From: Schmidtea polychroa
Lineage: Eukaryota
Length of the DNA: 64,000 nucleotides
Reading direction: 5' to 3'
Assembly: GCA_044892525.1 (NCBI GenBank)
Contig: CM097885.1
Coordinates: 36,954,001-37,018,000 of the forward strand
The position numbers and the translations under genes were made by a program. The notes beneath the pieces are model-generated. The model ran no database searches, had not been told where the DNA came from, and worked only from the letters and a program-made list of their open reading frames with translations. Below, one piece after another: positions 11,766 through 24,561 of the stretch (the first letter of the stretch is position 1; each line of letters opens with the position of its first letter).

Positions 11766-14498
11766 TCTCCAGTTAGGTATTTGATGGTAAATATTTGTAG
11801 AAAACTTTAGTGAATTTTGATTTTTAGTGGGCTCTTATTATATAGCTTCTAAATTATTTCAATGGAAGAATGCCTGGTGTCTTTAACAGTTTATGAAAAT
11901 TCTTATTTTTTGAAGAATTCTCTAAGGATTTTAAGAGGATTGATATATTAAAGGGGATATAACCTCAAGGGATATAGTTGGTTAGATATTGAAGTTTAAA
12001 GTGGTAGAAATATTTACTGAGAGATCAGATAAGATGGGAAAATATGATCTTTAGAGGGGATATATTCGGTTAAATTTAATGAAGGATGGGTTAAGATGGG
12101 AATATATCATTGTAAGGGGGATATAGTCGGTTAAATTTAATGAGAGATCAGATAAGGTGGGAATATATCGTTGTAAGGGAGATATAGCCGATTGAATTTA
12201 ATGAAGGATGGGTTAAGATGGGAATATATGATTTTTTAAGGATGATGTTGGTAAAATATCAATGTTTTAAGGGAAATGTCAATACATTAGTCAGTTATGA
12301 ATCAATAATAATATGAAATTATATCGTTTTAATAGGTTGTGATTAATGCACAGTAAATTTATTTAGAACAATATTTTATTAAGTAGGGATAATGATCGAT
12401 TTACTTGGTTTTGACAATGAAAACTTTACAGATAATTGGGATTGATATCAACTTTAAATTATTTTTATCTTTATTTAGACGGACAACGATAAAAGTTGGA
12501 AATATGAACTTAAAACATCGTCTAACGAAAATTGATCTTTAATCGAAGAAATCTTGATTTTAATTAATAATTAAATCGGTTGAATATTGGTAAAATAAGA
12601 CCATTTGAAGAAATATATTTTATTGAATGGATAAATTTAATCTTTCAATGGGACCTAGTCAGTTATATTTATTTTAAATTTCGAGTACAGTGATTAACAA
12701 AAATTTAATTATAACTGGTTTTATCAATAGTGAAATATGTATGATAATAGGAATTAAAGTTAGAAATATAGTCATTTAAGGGATTTTAAGGAATCTTATT
12801 AGTCTGAGGGGAATATATGATCTTTTACGGGTACTTATCATTAAAATATCAATCTTTAAGGATAGAGTTATTTCAATGAAATTTGATGCTTTTTAGATGA
12901 TATTTGTAATAATATGAATTAAGGGTTAAAATATAGTCATTTAAGGGATTTTAAGGGATCTTATTAGTTTGAGGTGAATATATGATCTTTAACAAGTACT
13001 TATCGATAAGATTCTAATCTTAAAAGATATAGATATTTCAGGGAAATTTGATGCTTTTTAGATGATTTTATTAGAGAATGCGCTTGAATATACCAATTAT
13101 TGTCATTTAAATGAATTTACTGGTTTGTTAGATGTTATCATTAGTTATCTAGTCTCTTTTGGAATTTAATGATAATTATTTTTATTGTAGATTGATGACT
13201 TTGATAATTGTAATGAATTTATACTGATTTTTGAATATATTGAGCAATCAGTCAATCAATTTGAGTACATGTATTACTTTTAAAAAAATAATTAAAATTA
13301 ATTTTATTTCAATTAATTTATTCAATCTAAATCAATTATCTACTAGATCTTATTTCAAAAATTTTTATTAATTTATTATCTTAGTTGATTCAACTTGAAT
13401 GATCAGTATTTTTCTTTTATTTACTTGATGATTAATGATTAGAATTCTTTCTTGTCTATTAATTAAATTTTTATGATATTTATTTTGAATAATTTAAATT
13501 TTTATAATTATTTAATCAATTTTTACCAAGTTATTGATGCCTTGAGTTCAATTAATTTTCCATCTAATTTTTCAAGTGATGAGTATTTGCTTTTAAAGAT
13601 CAATTTGTTAGTACATAGTTGTTGGTTGTAAGTAGTTGGTTGACGTTTTAGATTTTGATAAGAAAATAGTGTATGCGATGAAGAATATTTTGTATTTAAT
13701 TGCTATTATTTTTATATGTTGTTAGTTGATTGTTGGTACTAAGTTGTTGGTATCTTGTATTTGGTAGTTGGTACAGTGTTGTTTACTGATTGTTGTTATA
13801 TAGTTGTAGGTTGATATTTGTTAATTTCTCGATGGGTTTTGATGGTGGTTGTTAGTACATGTTAGTAAGTGTTTAGTATTTCGTTGTTTGAAACCTAGTA
13901 GTTAGTACATGGTAGTTAATTAATGAGTAGGTGGTTGTAGGTACTTAGTAGTTAGTTAATGGGTAGGTGTTGGTTGAGTGTTACCAATACCCTTACGACC
14001 AGTACCCCTACGACCAGTACCCTTAGGGGGTCAAAACAACCTGTCGGATAGACTAAGAGTATATATAATAAAACTGATCAACAATAAGTATTTATTGAAT
14101 GCGATTTTTACTTTGCAATAATAAGTTGTCAATTAAAAGAAGAATGTTTTGTAAATTAGAATTTATTAGTCTTTCATTGTAATTATTTTGAATTTCACGT
14201 GGTGTTTTAAAGTGATTGAGTTGTGGTTTTTTGATGAAAATCAACATTTTTGTTAAATTTGAAAAGGTTTTATATTGATTGTAATTAAAATTATTATAGA
14301 AGCTATATAAAAAAATATTAATTTAAAAAGCATTTCATAAAATACAATAAAGAATATTTAGTTGATTGTAAGTAGTTAGTTGTAAGTATGTCGGTGTTTG
14401 AGAGTTAGTTAGTACGTGGTATCATGTTGAAAGTATTTGTTAGCACCTAGTTAAAAATATTTAGTAACCGATTGTTGGTAACTGTTGAATTATTATTA

Positions 14499-14567
<69 letters not shown>

Positions 14568-17453
14568 CATTAAAATTTCCATTTAAATTTTCATTATAAA
14601 TTACATTTCTCAAAAAAGTTGGTGGTTATTCAATCTTTTGATAATAAATTTAAAAATCTTACTTTAATTTACTTATTTAGCTTTAATTTAAAATTTGAAC
14701 CATTGGATACTTAATTTTAAATTTTGAACCTTAATTTACTTATTTAAAATTTTTAACATTAATTTACCTAATTATTCTTTATTTCTTAATTTTACACCAT
14801 AATTTACTTAACAACTAATTATAATCCTTATTTTCATATTTAACCAATAATTTCATGTGGTCATCTTGTTGGTATCTAGTTGACAGTGCTTAGTACTAGG
14901 TATCTTGTACTTGGTTGTTAGTACTTGGTAGGTGGTTGATGTTGGTTGTAAGTACTTGGTAGCAGGTATCTGGTTGTAAGTATCTAGTTGTAGGTTGTAT
15001 GTAGTTGTAGGTGGTTGTTAGTAACTAGTTGTATGTACTTGGTATCAGGTAACTGGTTGTTAGTAGTTGGTAGTATGTACTTGGTATCAGGTAACTGGTT
15101 GTTAGTAACTAGTTGTATGTACTTGGTATCTAGTTGTTAGCTGGTTGATAGTACTTGGTAGGTTGTCAGTGCTTAGTACTAGGTAAGTTACTTGGTTGTT
15201 AGTACTTGGTTGATAATGCTTAGTACCTGGTTGATGTTGGTTGTATGTACTTGGTATCTAGTTGTTAGTAACTAATTGTAGGTAATTAATGCTTAGTAGT
15301 TGGTAACTGGTTGTTAGTACTTGGTAGGTGGTTGTTAGTTGGTTGTAGGTACTTAGTAGTTGGTTAATAATGCTTAGTACTTGGTTGTTGTCGGTTGTGA
15401 GTACTTGGTAGGTTGTAGCTAGTTGTTAGTACTTAGTAGCTAGTTAATGGGTAGGTGGTTGTAGGTACTTGGTAGGTGGTTGTAGGTACTTAGTAGTTGG
15501 TAATTAATGCTTAGTACCTGGTTGTTGTTGGTTGTTAGTACATGGTAGGTTGTAGTTAGTTGTTAGCTGGTTGTTGTGGGTTGTAAGTAGTTGGTACCTA
15601 GTCGTTAGCTGGTTGATGTTGGTTGTTAGTACTTGGTATGTGGTTGTAGGTACTTGGTTGATAATGCTTAGTAGCTGGTTGTTGTGGGTTGTGAGTAGTT
15701 GGTATCAGGTTGTTAGTAACTAGTTGTAGGTATCTGGTTGTAAATACATGTTCGTAAGTTACTGGTTGTTAGTACTTAGTTGTTGGTTTGTTGTTGAATT
15801 ATTATTAAAATTTGTCTTTGAAAAATATTTCATAAAAATTTTCATTAAAAATTATCTTAAAAATTTCTATCTAAAATTATCATTGAAAATTATTTCATAA
15901 AAATTTCTATTAAAAATTACTTAAAAAATTATTTCATAAAAATTTTCATTAAAAAATTTCAATTCTCAAACACCTATTTTTTGTTAATAAATTTAAAAAT
16001 CTTACTTTAATTTACTTATTACATTACTTTAATTTACTTATTTAAAAATTATTACTTTAATTTACTTATTTAAAATTTTTTACCATTGATTATTTAATTT
16101 AAAAATTTGGACCTTAATTAACTTTAATTTAATTTTTAGAACCTTAATTTACTTTAATTTAAAAATTTGGACCATTATTTACTTTAATTTAATTTTTAGA
16201 ACCTTAATTTACTTTAATTTAAAAATTTGGACCATAATTTACTTTAATTGAAAAATTTGAACCATAATTTACTGTAATTTAATTTTTAGAACCATAATTT
16301 ACTGTAATTTAATTTTTTGACCATTGATTACTTAATTTAAAAATTTGGACCATAATTTACTTTAATTTAATTTTTAGAACCATAATTAACTGTAATTTAA
16401 TTTTTTAGAACCTAAATTTACTTTAATTCAAAAATTTGGACCATTATTTACTTTAATTCAATTTTTTAGGACCATAATTTACTTTATTTGAAAATTTTTG
16501 ACCATAATTTACTGTAATTTAATTTTTTAGAACCATTATTTACTGTAATTTAAAAATTTGGACCATTATTTACTGTAATTCAAAATTTTTGACCATAATT
16601 TACTTTAATTGAAAAATTTAGACCATTTTATACTGTAATTCAAAATTTTTGACCATAATTTACTGTAATTCAATTTTTAGGACCATAATTTACTGTATTT
16701 GAAAAATTTGGACCTTAATTAACTTTAATTTAATTTTTAGGACTATAATTTACTTTAATTTAATTTTTAGGACCATAATTTACTGTAATTCAAAAATTTG
16801 GACCATTATTTACTGTAATTTAATTTTTTTAGGACCATAATTTACTGTAATTCAATTTTTAGAACCATTATTTACTGTAATTGAAAAATCTTAGCCCATA
16901 ATTTACTGTAATTTAATTTTTTAGAACCATAATTTACTTTATTTGAAAATCTTTGACCATAATTTACTGTAATTGAAATATTTAGCACGTTTTTTAGTGT
17001 AGACCACCTTTTTCTCAGGACCAAGGAGACCCACCTTAATTTAATTCGAAAAATCCATGCTTTTTTAGTGAGACCGCCTTTTTGTATTGAAAATATCCTG
17101 AGACCTTAAATTACCATGCTTTTTTAGTGTAGACCAGCTTTTTGTATTGAAAATATCCTGAGACCTTAAATTACCATGCTTTTTTAGTGTAGACCACCTA
17201 TTTCTCAGGACCAAGGAGACTCACCTCACTATAGTCTGAAAAATCCTTGGCTTTTTTAGTGGTAGTCGGATTTTTGTATTGAAAAATTTTTTTTTTGTAT
17301 TGAAAATCCCAGGACCATCGAGACTATAGTGTGGAACAATTGCGTAATAAAATCGTGGAACAAAAAAATCGTGGAACAAAAAAAATCGTGGAACAGGGGG
17401 GGGGTACCCCCCCCCCCCCCCCCATTGTTCCAGCGGGCTCCTAACTACCTACT
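10210..17453 (-). repeat. Right arm of the giant inverted repeat
   Basis: Mirror of the left arm, with small indels and repeat-number differences. Confidence 0.95.
11688..11763. repeat. (TA)n microsatellite expanded only in the right arm
   Basis: The left-arm counterpart at ~7851 has only ATATATAT. Confidence 0.95.
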
Positions 17454-17459
17454 CTACTC

Positions 17460-17839
17460 GAACATAACTTTAACATTGATATTGAACAAATCCCGGAAAG
17501 AGTGGATACCTCTCTTATCCCAGACCTCTTAATCAAAAGCTCTCGCAACAACCTCATTCACTTTTTAGATATAAAAGTGCCTTCTGATCTAAGGACAAAC
17601 TTCGATAACGCTCTTAAAAACAATTTCGAGAAGTACAAAATCTCGCAATTGATATCGGACACGCTGCAAAACATACGCCTCCACATTTGTCGTTGGCACC
17701 CTAAGCTCTTGGGACAGGAAATATGAAAAGAGTTATTGGACTCAACAAAAATGAGATGAAATGCATAGCCAAGAAAGCATGTACTGCCGCAATCCAAGGT
17801 AGCTACCACATATATCGCGAACACATTTACAAGGACTAA
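17460..17839 (+). pseudogene. RLE-type non-LTR retrotransposon fragment, part 2: PD-(D/E)xK restriction-like endonuclease (NeSL/R2/R4-type), frameshifted, followed by 3' UTR and (TAA)n-rich tail (~17975-18130)
   Basis: EHNFNIDIEQIPERVDTSLIPDLLIK...IHFLDIKVPSD...NNFEKY, then FVVGTLSSWD and AAIQGSYHIYREHIYKD*. These match RLE C-terminal motifs (PD, D.x.P, K..KY, VG.LG.W, S..IY..H). Confidence 0.85.
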
Positions 17840-18048
17840 CATGTTAATAATTTATATAACGTACTTGTATTTCAACCTCATTTATATGTCGAATATCCCC
17901 TATTATACTATGTTTATCCTCCTTATTTTAAATGCTATTATATATGGGTATACATACTTATACTTATAATACTTAATAATAATAACTATAATAATATAAT
18001 AAATAAAACGTTTAACAAATCCAATAATAATAATAATAATAATAATGG

Positions 18049-18079
<31 letters not shown>

Positions 18080-19081
18080 AATAACCTTAATAATAACAAT
18101 AAAGATTTTAATAGTAATAATAATAATATTAACGATAGGATAAATAATATGTGGGAATAATAATGATTTAATAGTAACAGAAACCCTTCATGATTAACTC
18201 TTTTAACATATAATCCATACTTCTCCTCGGGCAACCGATATAATTATAGATAGGAATACCGCACTCACCCTCCGGAGTCACCTTTTTTATGGATCATTAC
18301 TCTAAAGCCTCAACAACCTCAATGCGACTCTAGTAATTGGACAACGGCTGGACTCCTGATGTATCAAATTTTGTTAATGCCTATCAAATCCCAACTCCAT
18401 GGACTCCGGGCAGTATCCAATATCATGCAATCCCTTACTGGCAAACATCACTGTTTTATTGATTTTGTCCCTTTGTTTTTATTTTTCTTTCTCTCTTACA
18501 CCTGCCTACCAAATGTCGGGGATCCAATACATCCAATATATCAAACACCAATCAATCAACTCCACCCAAACCTCAATTCCAACCCAAACAAACCTGCTCT
18601 ATAACTTATATTCGATGTTTTTATTTTGTGTTTTTTTTGTATAAGACTTTTATCGGCAATTAACTCTTGCCTACCAACTATATTTGATCCAGTTCCAATA
18701 CAATCCCTCTCAAACAAATGACTGCATCCCCAGACATAATTTAAACAGAACCATCCAATTAAATCCCATTAATCCACTCGGCAACCTTCTAGCTGAGTAT
18801 CTCCCTGTGTTCTCGTTTTGTTTGGATTTTATTTTTTTCTTTAATATGCATAACACTACATATTTATATATATTAACTGTACTACCCCCATCTTTACCTC
18901 TCTCAGTACTGCTTCAGCCCCACTTCCTCCTTCCCTAATACCTTCGTCAATTATCACTGTCACAACATTTACCTCTATCAAAACCCTTTACCACTACCTA
19001 TCTCAATATCCCTACCCTCTCTATGCCAATACTCCTCACTATCAATATATTCAATATATAGAACCACAGATTTATAGGAAA

Positions 19082-19616
19082 GAGTTAAATTGTCAAATTA
19101 ATATCGTAGCCGGTGACACAGATTCCTTATTTTTAGAGTGTAAAAAAGTTGATTTACGCTAACAACTGTATCCAAAAATGATTGCCGATGGGCTCATAGA
19201 TACTTAAAATTATCCAGTGACCGATCCATTGCTCTCAGGCAAAATTTGTTCGGTAATCGTGAAAGTCAAGGATGAGAATAAAGGAAATCAATATAAAGAA
19301 TGGGTGTTTCTTCAACCCAAGTGCTACTCACTTCAAGGCGATAAAAACACTCTAAGAGCTAAAGGAATAAGACTTACAAATTCTAATCTTACACATGAAG
19401 CCCATAATAAGTGTATACTGATGGTGGAACAGTGAGCATCCCACAAAAATGAATAGGAAGTGTCAATCATCAGTTGTATACTTTCATGACAAAAAAACGA
19501 GCTCTCCAATGTTTGGACGATAAAAGGTATTGGTTCAATTCTAATATAAGCTATGCCTACAGTAACTATAAGATTCGTCAAATACATATTGCAACTGCTA
19601 TGTCTAGAAATGAATG
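19082..19616 (+). pseudogene. Polinton/Maverick protein-primed B-family DNA polymerase, C-terminal fragment (last codons resume at 23261-23282 after the hAT insertion)
   Basis: INIVAGDTDSLF (DTDS catalytic motif, 19112-19126), KVKDE, PKCYS, RAKGI, ALQCLDDKRYW; contains stops and a frameshift. Confidence 0.85.
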
Positions 19617-22600
19617 CAGCCCCGTACCGTGACACCTTTTGACGGGGGGCCCAGACTCTCATTAAAGGGGCCAGTAATTCTCGTGTAAACTAAGTATTTT
19701 ATGAAAACAGACTAGTCACTACTCACACTTTGCACTCCGAAATGTTCAATTTAAAAAAAAGGAAAGCAAAATCGACATTTTGTCTGAGCATTATTTTGCT
19801 ACATTATTGCATATACTAGTATATAGGAAATGATTTTCGCACATTTTTTAGGAACAAACACAAAAAACAAATAGCTGCATGTATTTGCACGACGGACAAT
19901 TGGACATACAAAGACAGAACACACAGTCACACAGATTTGAAAACTAAAGGTGAGTGCAATAGAAATTACACAGGAACTAGATCCAGAAAAAAGAAATTAC
20001 GTGTGTGAGATATCAACATGACTCAAAATAGCTGCAGTCGACGATTTTTCATTTCATGAAACCGCCAAAGAAACTCATCAGATTTGATGTTATTACTGAT
20101 GTAACTTTCAAATGAGAGCAATACAAGGTTGGCTTTACGAGAATGGCTCATCGACGTACGAAAGGGAGTTAAGACACGAGATAAAGTACTGAAAGTCGCC
20201 TCACATGTGCCAGTTGAAGCACCGATTGTCAGTGCAGAAGCTGCAAGACGATAGACAGATGGAAAAGCATCTCGGTATGAGTACAGTTCTTGCACTAACT
20301 GATGAACGTTTGTCACAGTACTGGCTCTCTTCAATAGGAAAACCTTTGCAGTTTCAAATTCATGTTGGGTTTCGCTTAGGTCCACGCCACACAGTGTCGC
20401 TAAAGTCTTTAGCTCCTCAATATTCAAAAAGTTTGCGTGATCAGTCTTCAAACATGCAAGAGACTTATAAAGGCTTCTGTTGGTGACAACGAAGCGTTTT
20501 GTTAGTTCCTGCAGAGTCCTATCAACGACTTCGTAATACATCTGGCGATATGTGCATCTGATAGGCAAGGCCTGGTGTTCTGGCTGTCCCACAGATCCGA
20601 ACACAATGAAGTTGTCTAATTTTGAGTTCATCTGAGTTCTTCTTCTTTTTGGTGTCTGTTCCATATCCATTTGACCTTCGAATTTCCCAAAAAGAACTTG
20701 GAATTCCTCTTCATTGCGTAGGCTGCGAATGCGCTCTATGACGGCATCCATAACATCACATGCTGAAGAAAGGTCCATTGCTTGACCCTGCAAGCTATTG
20801 TTGGCTGTTTCAAGGATAGTCAGCAATGAGAGCACCATGTGTGCAATGAAATGAAACTCCACTTCATTGACTCGATGCAAGAGTCCAGTAGCTTCCAATT
20901 GAATATCAATTGAAAAGTGAGAATGTCTACTAGAACACATCTCAAGCAAATTCACAATTGTATCATAATTAGTTGTTATTGCCTGAGTCGTCTGCAAGTG
21001 TCCTGTCCAACGATGTTCCATGAGCCGTGTCAATTTATCGCCTTGATATATGGCCGCAACCTTAGGATATGACAAAAATGTGTATAAGTTTCTGCATATG
21101 TCGAAGAAGTCCCGCAGTTTTTGGCACTCAGAAACGGCACACACAACAACCAAATGCAACTTGTGGTTGAAGCAATGGACATACGGAATTTCTATTTGTA
21201 GACGCTCCTGAAGCAAGGCCTGCACCCCACCATGCTGTCCAGACATAACAGCGGCTCCATCATAGCATTGGGAAATTATATTTTTAGGATCCAACTGAGC
21301 CTCTTTCAAGGTTGTCAAAATTACATCTGTGAAGGCCTCTGCATTGAGAGCAATTGTTCGGGAAATGCAGATTAAGTGCTCCTGAGGTTGTCCTGCTGAG
21401 ACAAACCTTATGGCAATCGACACATTCTCAGTCCCTGTTCGATCTTTGGTACCATCCACCTTCAGAGTAAAATATTCAACATCCGCAGACTTGCACTTCT
21501 TAACAATTGACTCTTGCACTATTGATGCCATTAACGCGATAATTTCATTTTGAATTCGAGGTGATGTGTACGTGGCAATTTTGGGAATCGTTTTAATGAT
21601 TCGAGCCAGCTCAGGATTTTTCTTAACAGTGTATTCGAAGAGACGTAAAAATAGACCACACGGAAGCTTATCATCCTCATCAATATCATCTCTACTGAAA
21701 CTGTCACTACGAAAGGCTAATTCATTTGTCACAAGAAACTTTACAACGTCAACGATTTCGTTGACATAATAACGGTTGTTCTTCAGCTGTGTTTCATTAA
21801 TCAAAGTGCAAACTTCCTCACCTTTTTCACATCGCAGCTGTTTCTCTTTCCAGCGTTCCATGGCATGGATGTGGCCAGCAGAAGATTCATGCTTTTGAAA
21901 ACCTTTTCTTTTTTCTAAAGCCGATTTCCAATTTCGGAATCCTCCTGTTCTGAAAGCACTTTCGCCAGCAGAGCCGGGCAATGAAAATTTTCTACAGCAA
22001 AAGCAGAAGACTGCATCTTTCTCAATAGAGTACTCCAAATATGGTCTTCCATTATACCACACAGACGAAAATGAGCGTTCCCTTGAACCAAACGAAGTCT
22101 TTTGGAAATTTACATCAGTTGGCTGGCGTGGCATTTCTTCACCCAGATCACATTTAGTAGATGACAGAGTCTTAGCAGGTGCACAAGAAGATGGGGACAT
22201 CACTGCACTGTCACGGATACATGAAATAGCAGGTACAGATGAAGGACTAGCACAAGTTGAGGACATAGTAGCAGAGATACTATCACTGGATGAAGTGACT
22301 AAAGTCACAGAATTCTTTGGAATGACTTGGAAGAAATTCATGATACTCTTTTGTGTCGACATGTTCTAATACGATGAAAATAATGTTACAAAATATGATC
22401 AATTAACATGTCACTCTGCCATAGGAGTGAGTTGAGTATAATGACATGTGATGTGCTCTCATTGGCCTATCTCTCTACCATCGTATAAAGACCACAATGC
22501 ACCCACTCCGTGCTCTGACACTCAATCATGCCTCCATGCGTTGTTACTGCCTGTGAGGCAGGAAAGACAGACAGCACGCACCCTACCCACGCCACCGACT

Positions 22601-23252
22601 TCACATGCCAGTCTCTTCCAGTGAGGCAGATAGATGGAACATCCTACCCCCGTCCATACTACATAAACCTCTACATTTGCAACTCATGCACACCCATGTC
22701 AATGCATGTGTGCACGATAGCAATTTTTCTTTTATCAAACATATTGAATGTAATGCAGTGGTATCGACAATTGTTGCGCTGTTAACATTTGGTGTTAAGC
22801 AATCCTGTGAGGCTTATATTTTAATTGTCCAGCACTACCCTTTAACGATTTGGGGAAATTTATAGACACACTCCGGGGTTCGAATTCCGTACACATCTGA
22901 GAAATTTCGCGACATGTAACATTGCTTTACTAATTAAAAAGACCTCACCACCCATTGAAAGTTTTGTTAGAGAATCTTTTTTAACTTAAGAAAATGATTA
23001 AGTCTCAGTTAATTAGGATACGAGAAAGTTTTTATTTAGTGAAATTTAAAACGATGCTCCGACTTTAATTAAAAGGTTTCTTTAGGATTCGGACCATTAT
23101 ATAGTGCTTATTAGATCATTTATGGTACATGAATAAATGTAATTGTTTATTTCATTTTCACCTTGAAGTAAAACCATCATTTTTTATTCATGTCCGTTTT
23201 TTTATTGGGGGGGGGGCCGGGCCCTCCTGGGCCCCCCGACGGTACGGGCCTG
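19617..23252 (-). mobile_element. Complete hAT DNA transposon (3,636 bp)
   Basis: TIRs CAGCCCCGTACCGT / ACGGTACGGGCCTG (1 mismatch); perfect 8-bp TSD AATGAATG at 19609-19616 and 23253-23260. Confidence 0.95.
20023..22362 (-). CDS. Intact hAT transposase (ZnF-TTF + DUF4371/ZMYM1-like core + hAT dimerisation domain), 779 aa
   Basis: RSFSSVWY...LEYSIEKDAVFCFCC, GFRNWK...KHESSAGH, VDGTKD, QCYDGAAVMSG, YVHCFNHKLHL, RW, CEATFSTL. Confidence 0.93.
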   Translation of the reverse strand: MSTQKSIMNFFQVIPKNSVTLVTSSSDSISATMSSTCASPSSVPAISCIRDSAVMSPSSCAPAKTLSSTKCDLGEEMPRQPTDVNFQKTSFGSRERSFSSVWYNGRPYLEYSIEKDAVFCFCCRKFSLPGSAGESAFRTGGFRNWKSALEKRKGFQKHESSAGHIHAMERWKEKQLRCEKGEEVCTLINETQLKNNRYYVNEIVDVVKFLVTNELAFRSDSFSRDDIDEDDKLPCGLFLRLFEYTVKKNPELARIIKTIPKIATYTSPRIQNEIIALMASIVQESIVKKCKSADVEYFTLKVDGTKDRTGTENVSIAIRFVSAGQPQEHLICISRTIALNAEAFTDVILTTLKEAQLDPKNIISQCYDGAAVMSGQHGGVQALLQERLQIEIPYVHCFNHKLHLVVVCAVSECQKLRDFFDICRNLYTFLSYPKVAAIYQGDKLTRLMEHRWTGHLQTTQAITTNYDTIVNLLEMCSSRHSHFSIDIQLEATGLLHRVNEVEFHFIAHMVLSLLTILETANNSLQGQAMDLSSACDVMDAVIERIRSLRNEEEFQVLFGKFEGQMDMEQTPKRRRTQMNSKLDNFIVFGSVGQPEHQALPIRCTYRQMYYEVVDRTLQELTKRFVVTNRSLYKSLACLKTDHANFLNIEELKTLATLCGVDLSETQHEFETAKVFLLKRASTVTNVHQLVQELYSYRDAFPSVYRLAASALTIGASTGTCEATFSTLSRVLTPFRTSMSHSRKANLVLLSFESYISNNIKSDEFLWRFHEMKNRRLQLF

Positions 23253-23450
23253 AATGAATGCAAATCAAAACAAGCATTTTAACAATTAAATTTATGTGAA
23301 TAATAAAATATATATTGTGAATTATTTGACTTAATTAATTAAAATGTGTTTTATCTTTTAATAATTCATTTGTCTGATTAGTTTAGATAATTAGTTTCAA
23401 GTATTATTATTTTCGTGTTTATTTTGTCTTTTCTAAAAACTAATACCCAA

Positions 23451-23790
23451 TTTATCTAAAATTAACTCGGCGTTTTATTTTATAATAAATCGAATAATTA
23501 CTATTTAAAATTTTTTTCAAATTGAAATATTCTTGTTATAATTTATGTTCTAGGTAGAATATATTAAATCTAAATTTAAATAATAATAATAATAATAAAT
23601 AAAATTAAATAAAAATTAATTAAAAAGTAAGAAAAAAAATAACGTAATAATAATAAAATATATATAAATAAATATAATTATGTTAATTATAATTAAAATT
23701 TATTAGGATTTACACCGAAGAACAAAAAATAAATAAATAATTAAATAACATAAGTAATTAATAAAACTATAATAAAATAAAATAATAATA
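23451..23790 (+). repeat. ~340-bp direct repeat, copy 1 (copy 2 at ~29790-30125)
   Basis: TTATCTAAAATT.ACTCGGCGTTTT...GTTCTAGGTAGAATATATTAAA...GATTTACACCGAAGAA occurs in both. Confidence 0.9.
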
Positions 23791-23799
23791 AACATACAA

Positions 23800-24493
23800 T
23801 AAAATAATTAATTAATTAATAAAATGTAATAAATTAAATAAGAGTAATTAAATATAATTTAAATTAAAGAAAAATAAATAAATTAAAATTAAATTAAAAT
23901 GACTCAATTGACATATATTTGATCTTGAAATTTCATGACATTGAAAGTGGGTTGGAGTCCTCGCTATATTCTACTAAACTCTTATTTGAAAATAATGCAG
24001 TTTAAATATTATAAATGTGATCAGCTAGTTGAAATAACTACTTGTGTTTAATTTGTATTTTAAATTCGATATTAAATTTTATTATATCATATTGTATTAA
24101 ATAATATTAAATTATTTAAAAATAACTAATTTTATTTATGACCAAATAGTTTACATCAATATTAATAATTCCCACACCTCAGTTGTTTAAATTTTCAGTA
24201 AATATGAAAGAATTTAAAATTGTAATTAATTAATAAGTGTTTGAAGAAGATTTGAATTTAATTGCGTCTAATATGACATATGACGAAATTCCAATTACAC
24301 TGAAAATTTTCGGAGCCAAAATCTTATTCGTTATATCATGATATCCACTTTGCCAAAGATTCACAAAAACCTTTATTTCTAAATTATTAAAATGTGAAAT
24401 ATGAATCGTTTAAAATAACTAGTCGTTTAAAACAATATTTTTTCTTCAAAGTTTTTATTTCATTTATAATAAAAGTGTATGCATTCACAAGTT
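23800..24493 (+). repeat. ~690-bp inverted repeat, left copy (right copy ~28032-28727), containing a decayed ORF
   Basis: GACTCAATTGACATATATTTGATC...GTGGGTTGGAGTCCTC...GTGTATGCATTCA is reverse-complemented at 28032-28727. Confidence 0.93.
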
Positions 24494-24561
24494 AAACGAT
24501 CTTGTTTATTGCGTCTTTAACGTAATTCATAGATCAATTTCAGAACTATTGCCTTAATATT

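Larger units (their letters stand above)
1886..17453. mobile_element. Giant palindromic non-autonomous Polinton/Maverick-like element (15,568 bp)
   Basis: The end AGTAGGTAGTTAGGAGCCCGCTGGAACAAT (1886) has its exact reverse complement ending at 17453. The 6-bp TSD CTACTC is at 1880-1885 and 17454-17459. Termini are AG...CT, subterminal tandem arrays are present, and there are no long ORFs. Confidence 0.85.

Noticed and set aside
18240..19070. Several short ORFs in a C-rich stretch
   Set aside because: No recognisable domain or splice structure; left unassigned.
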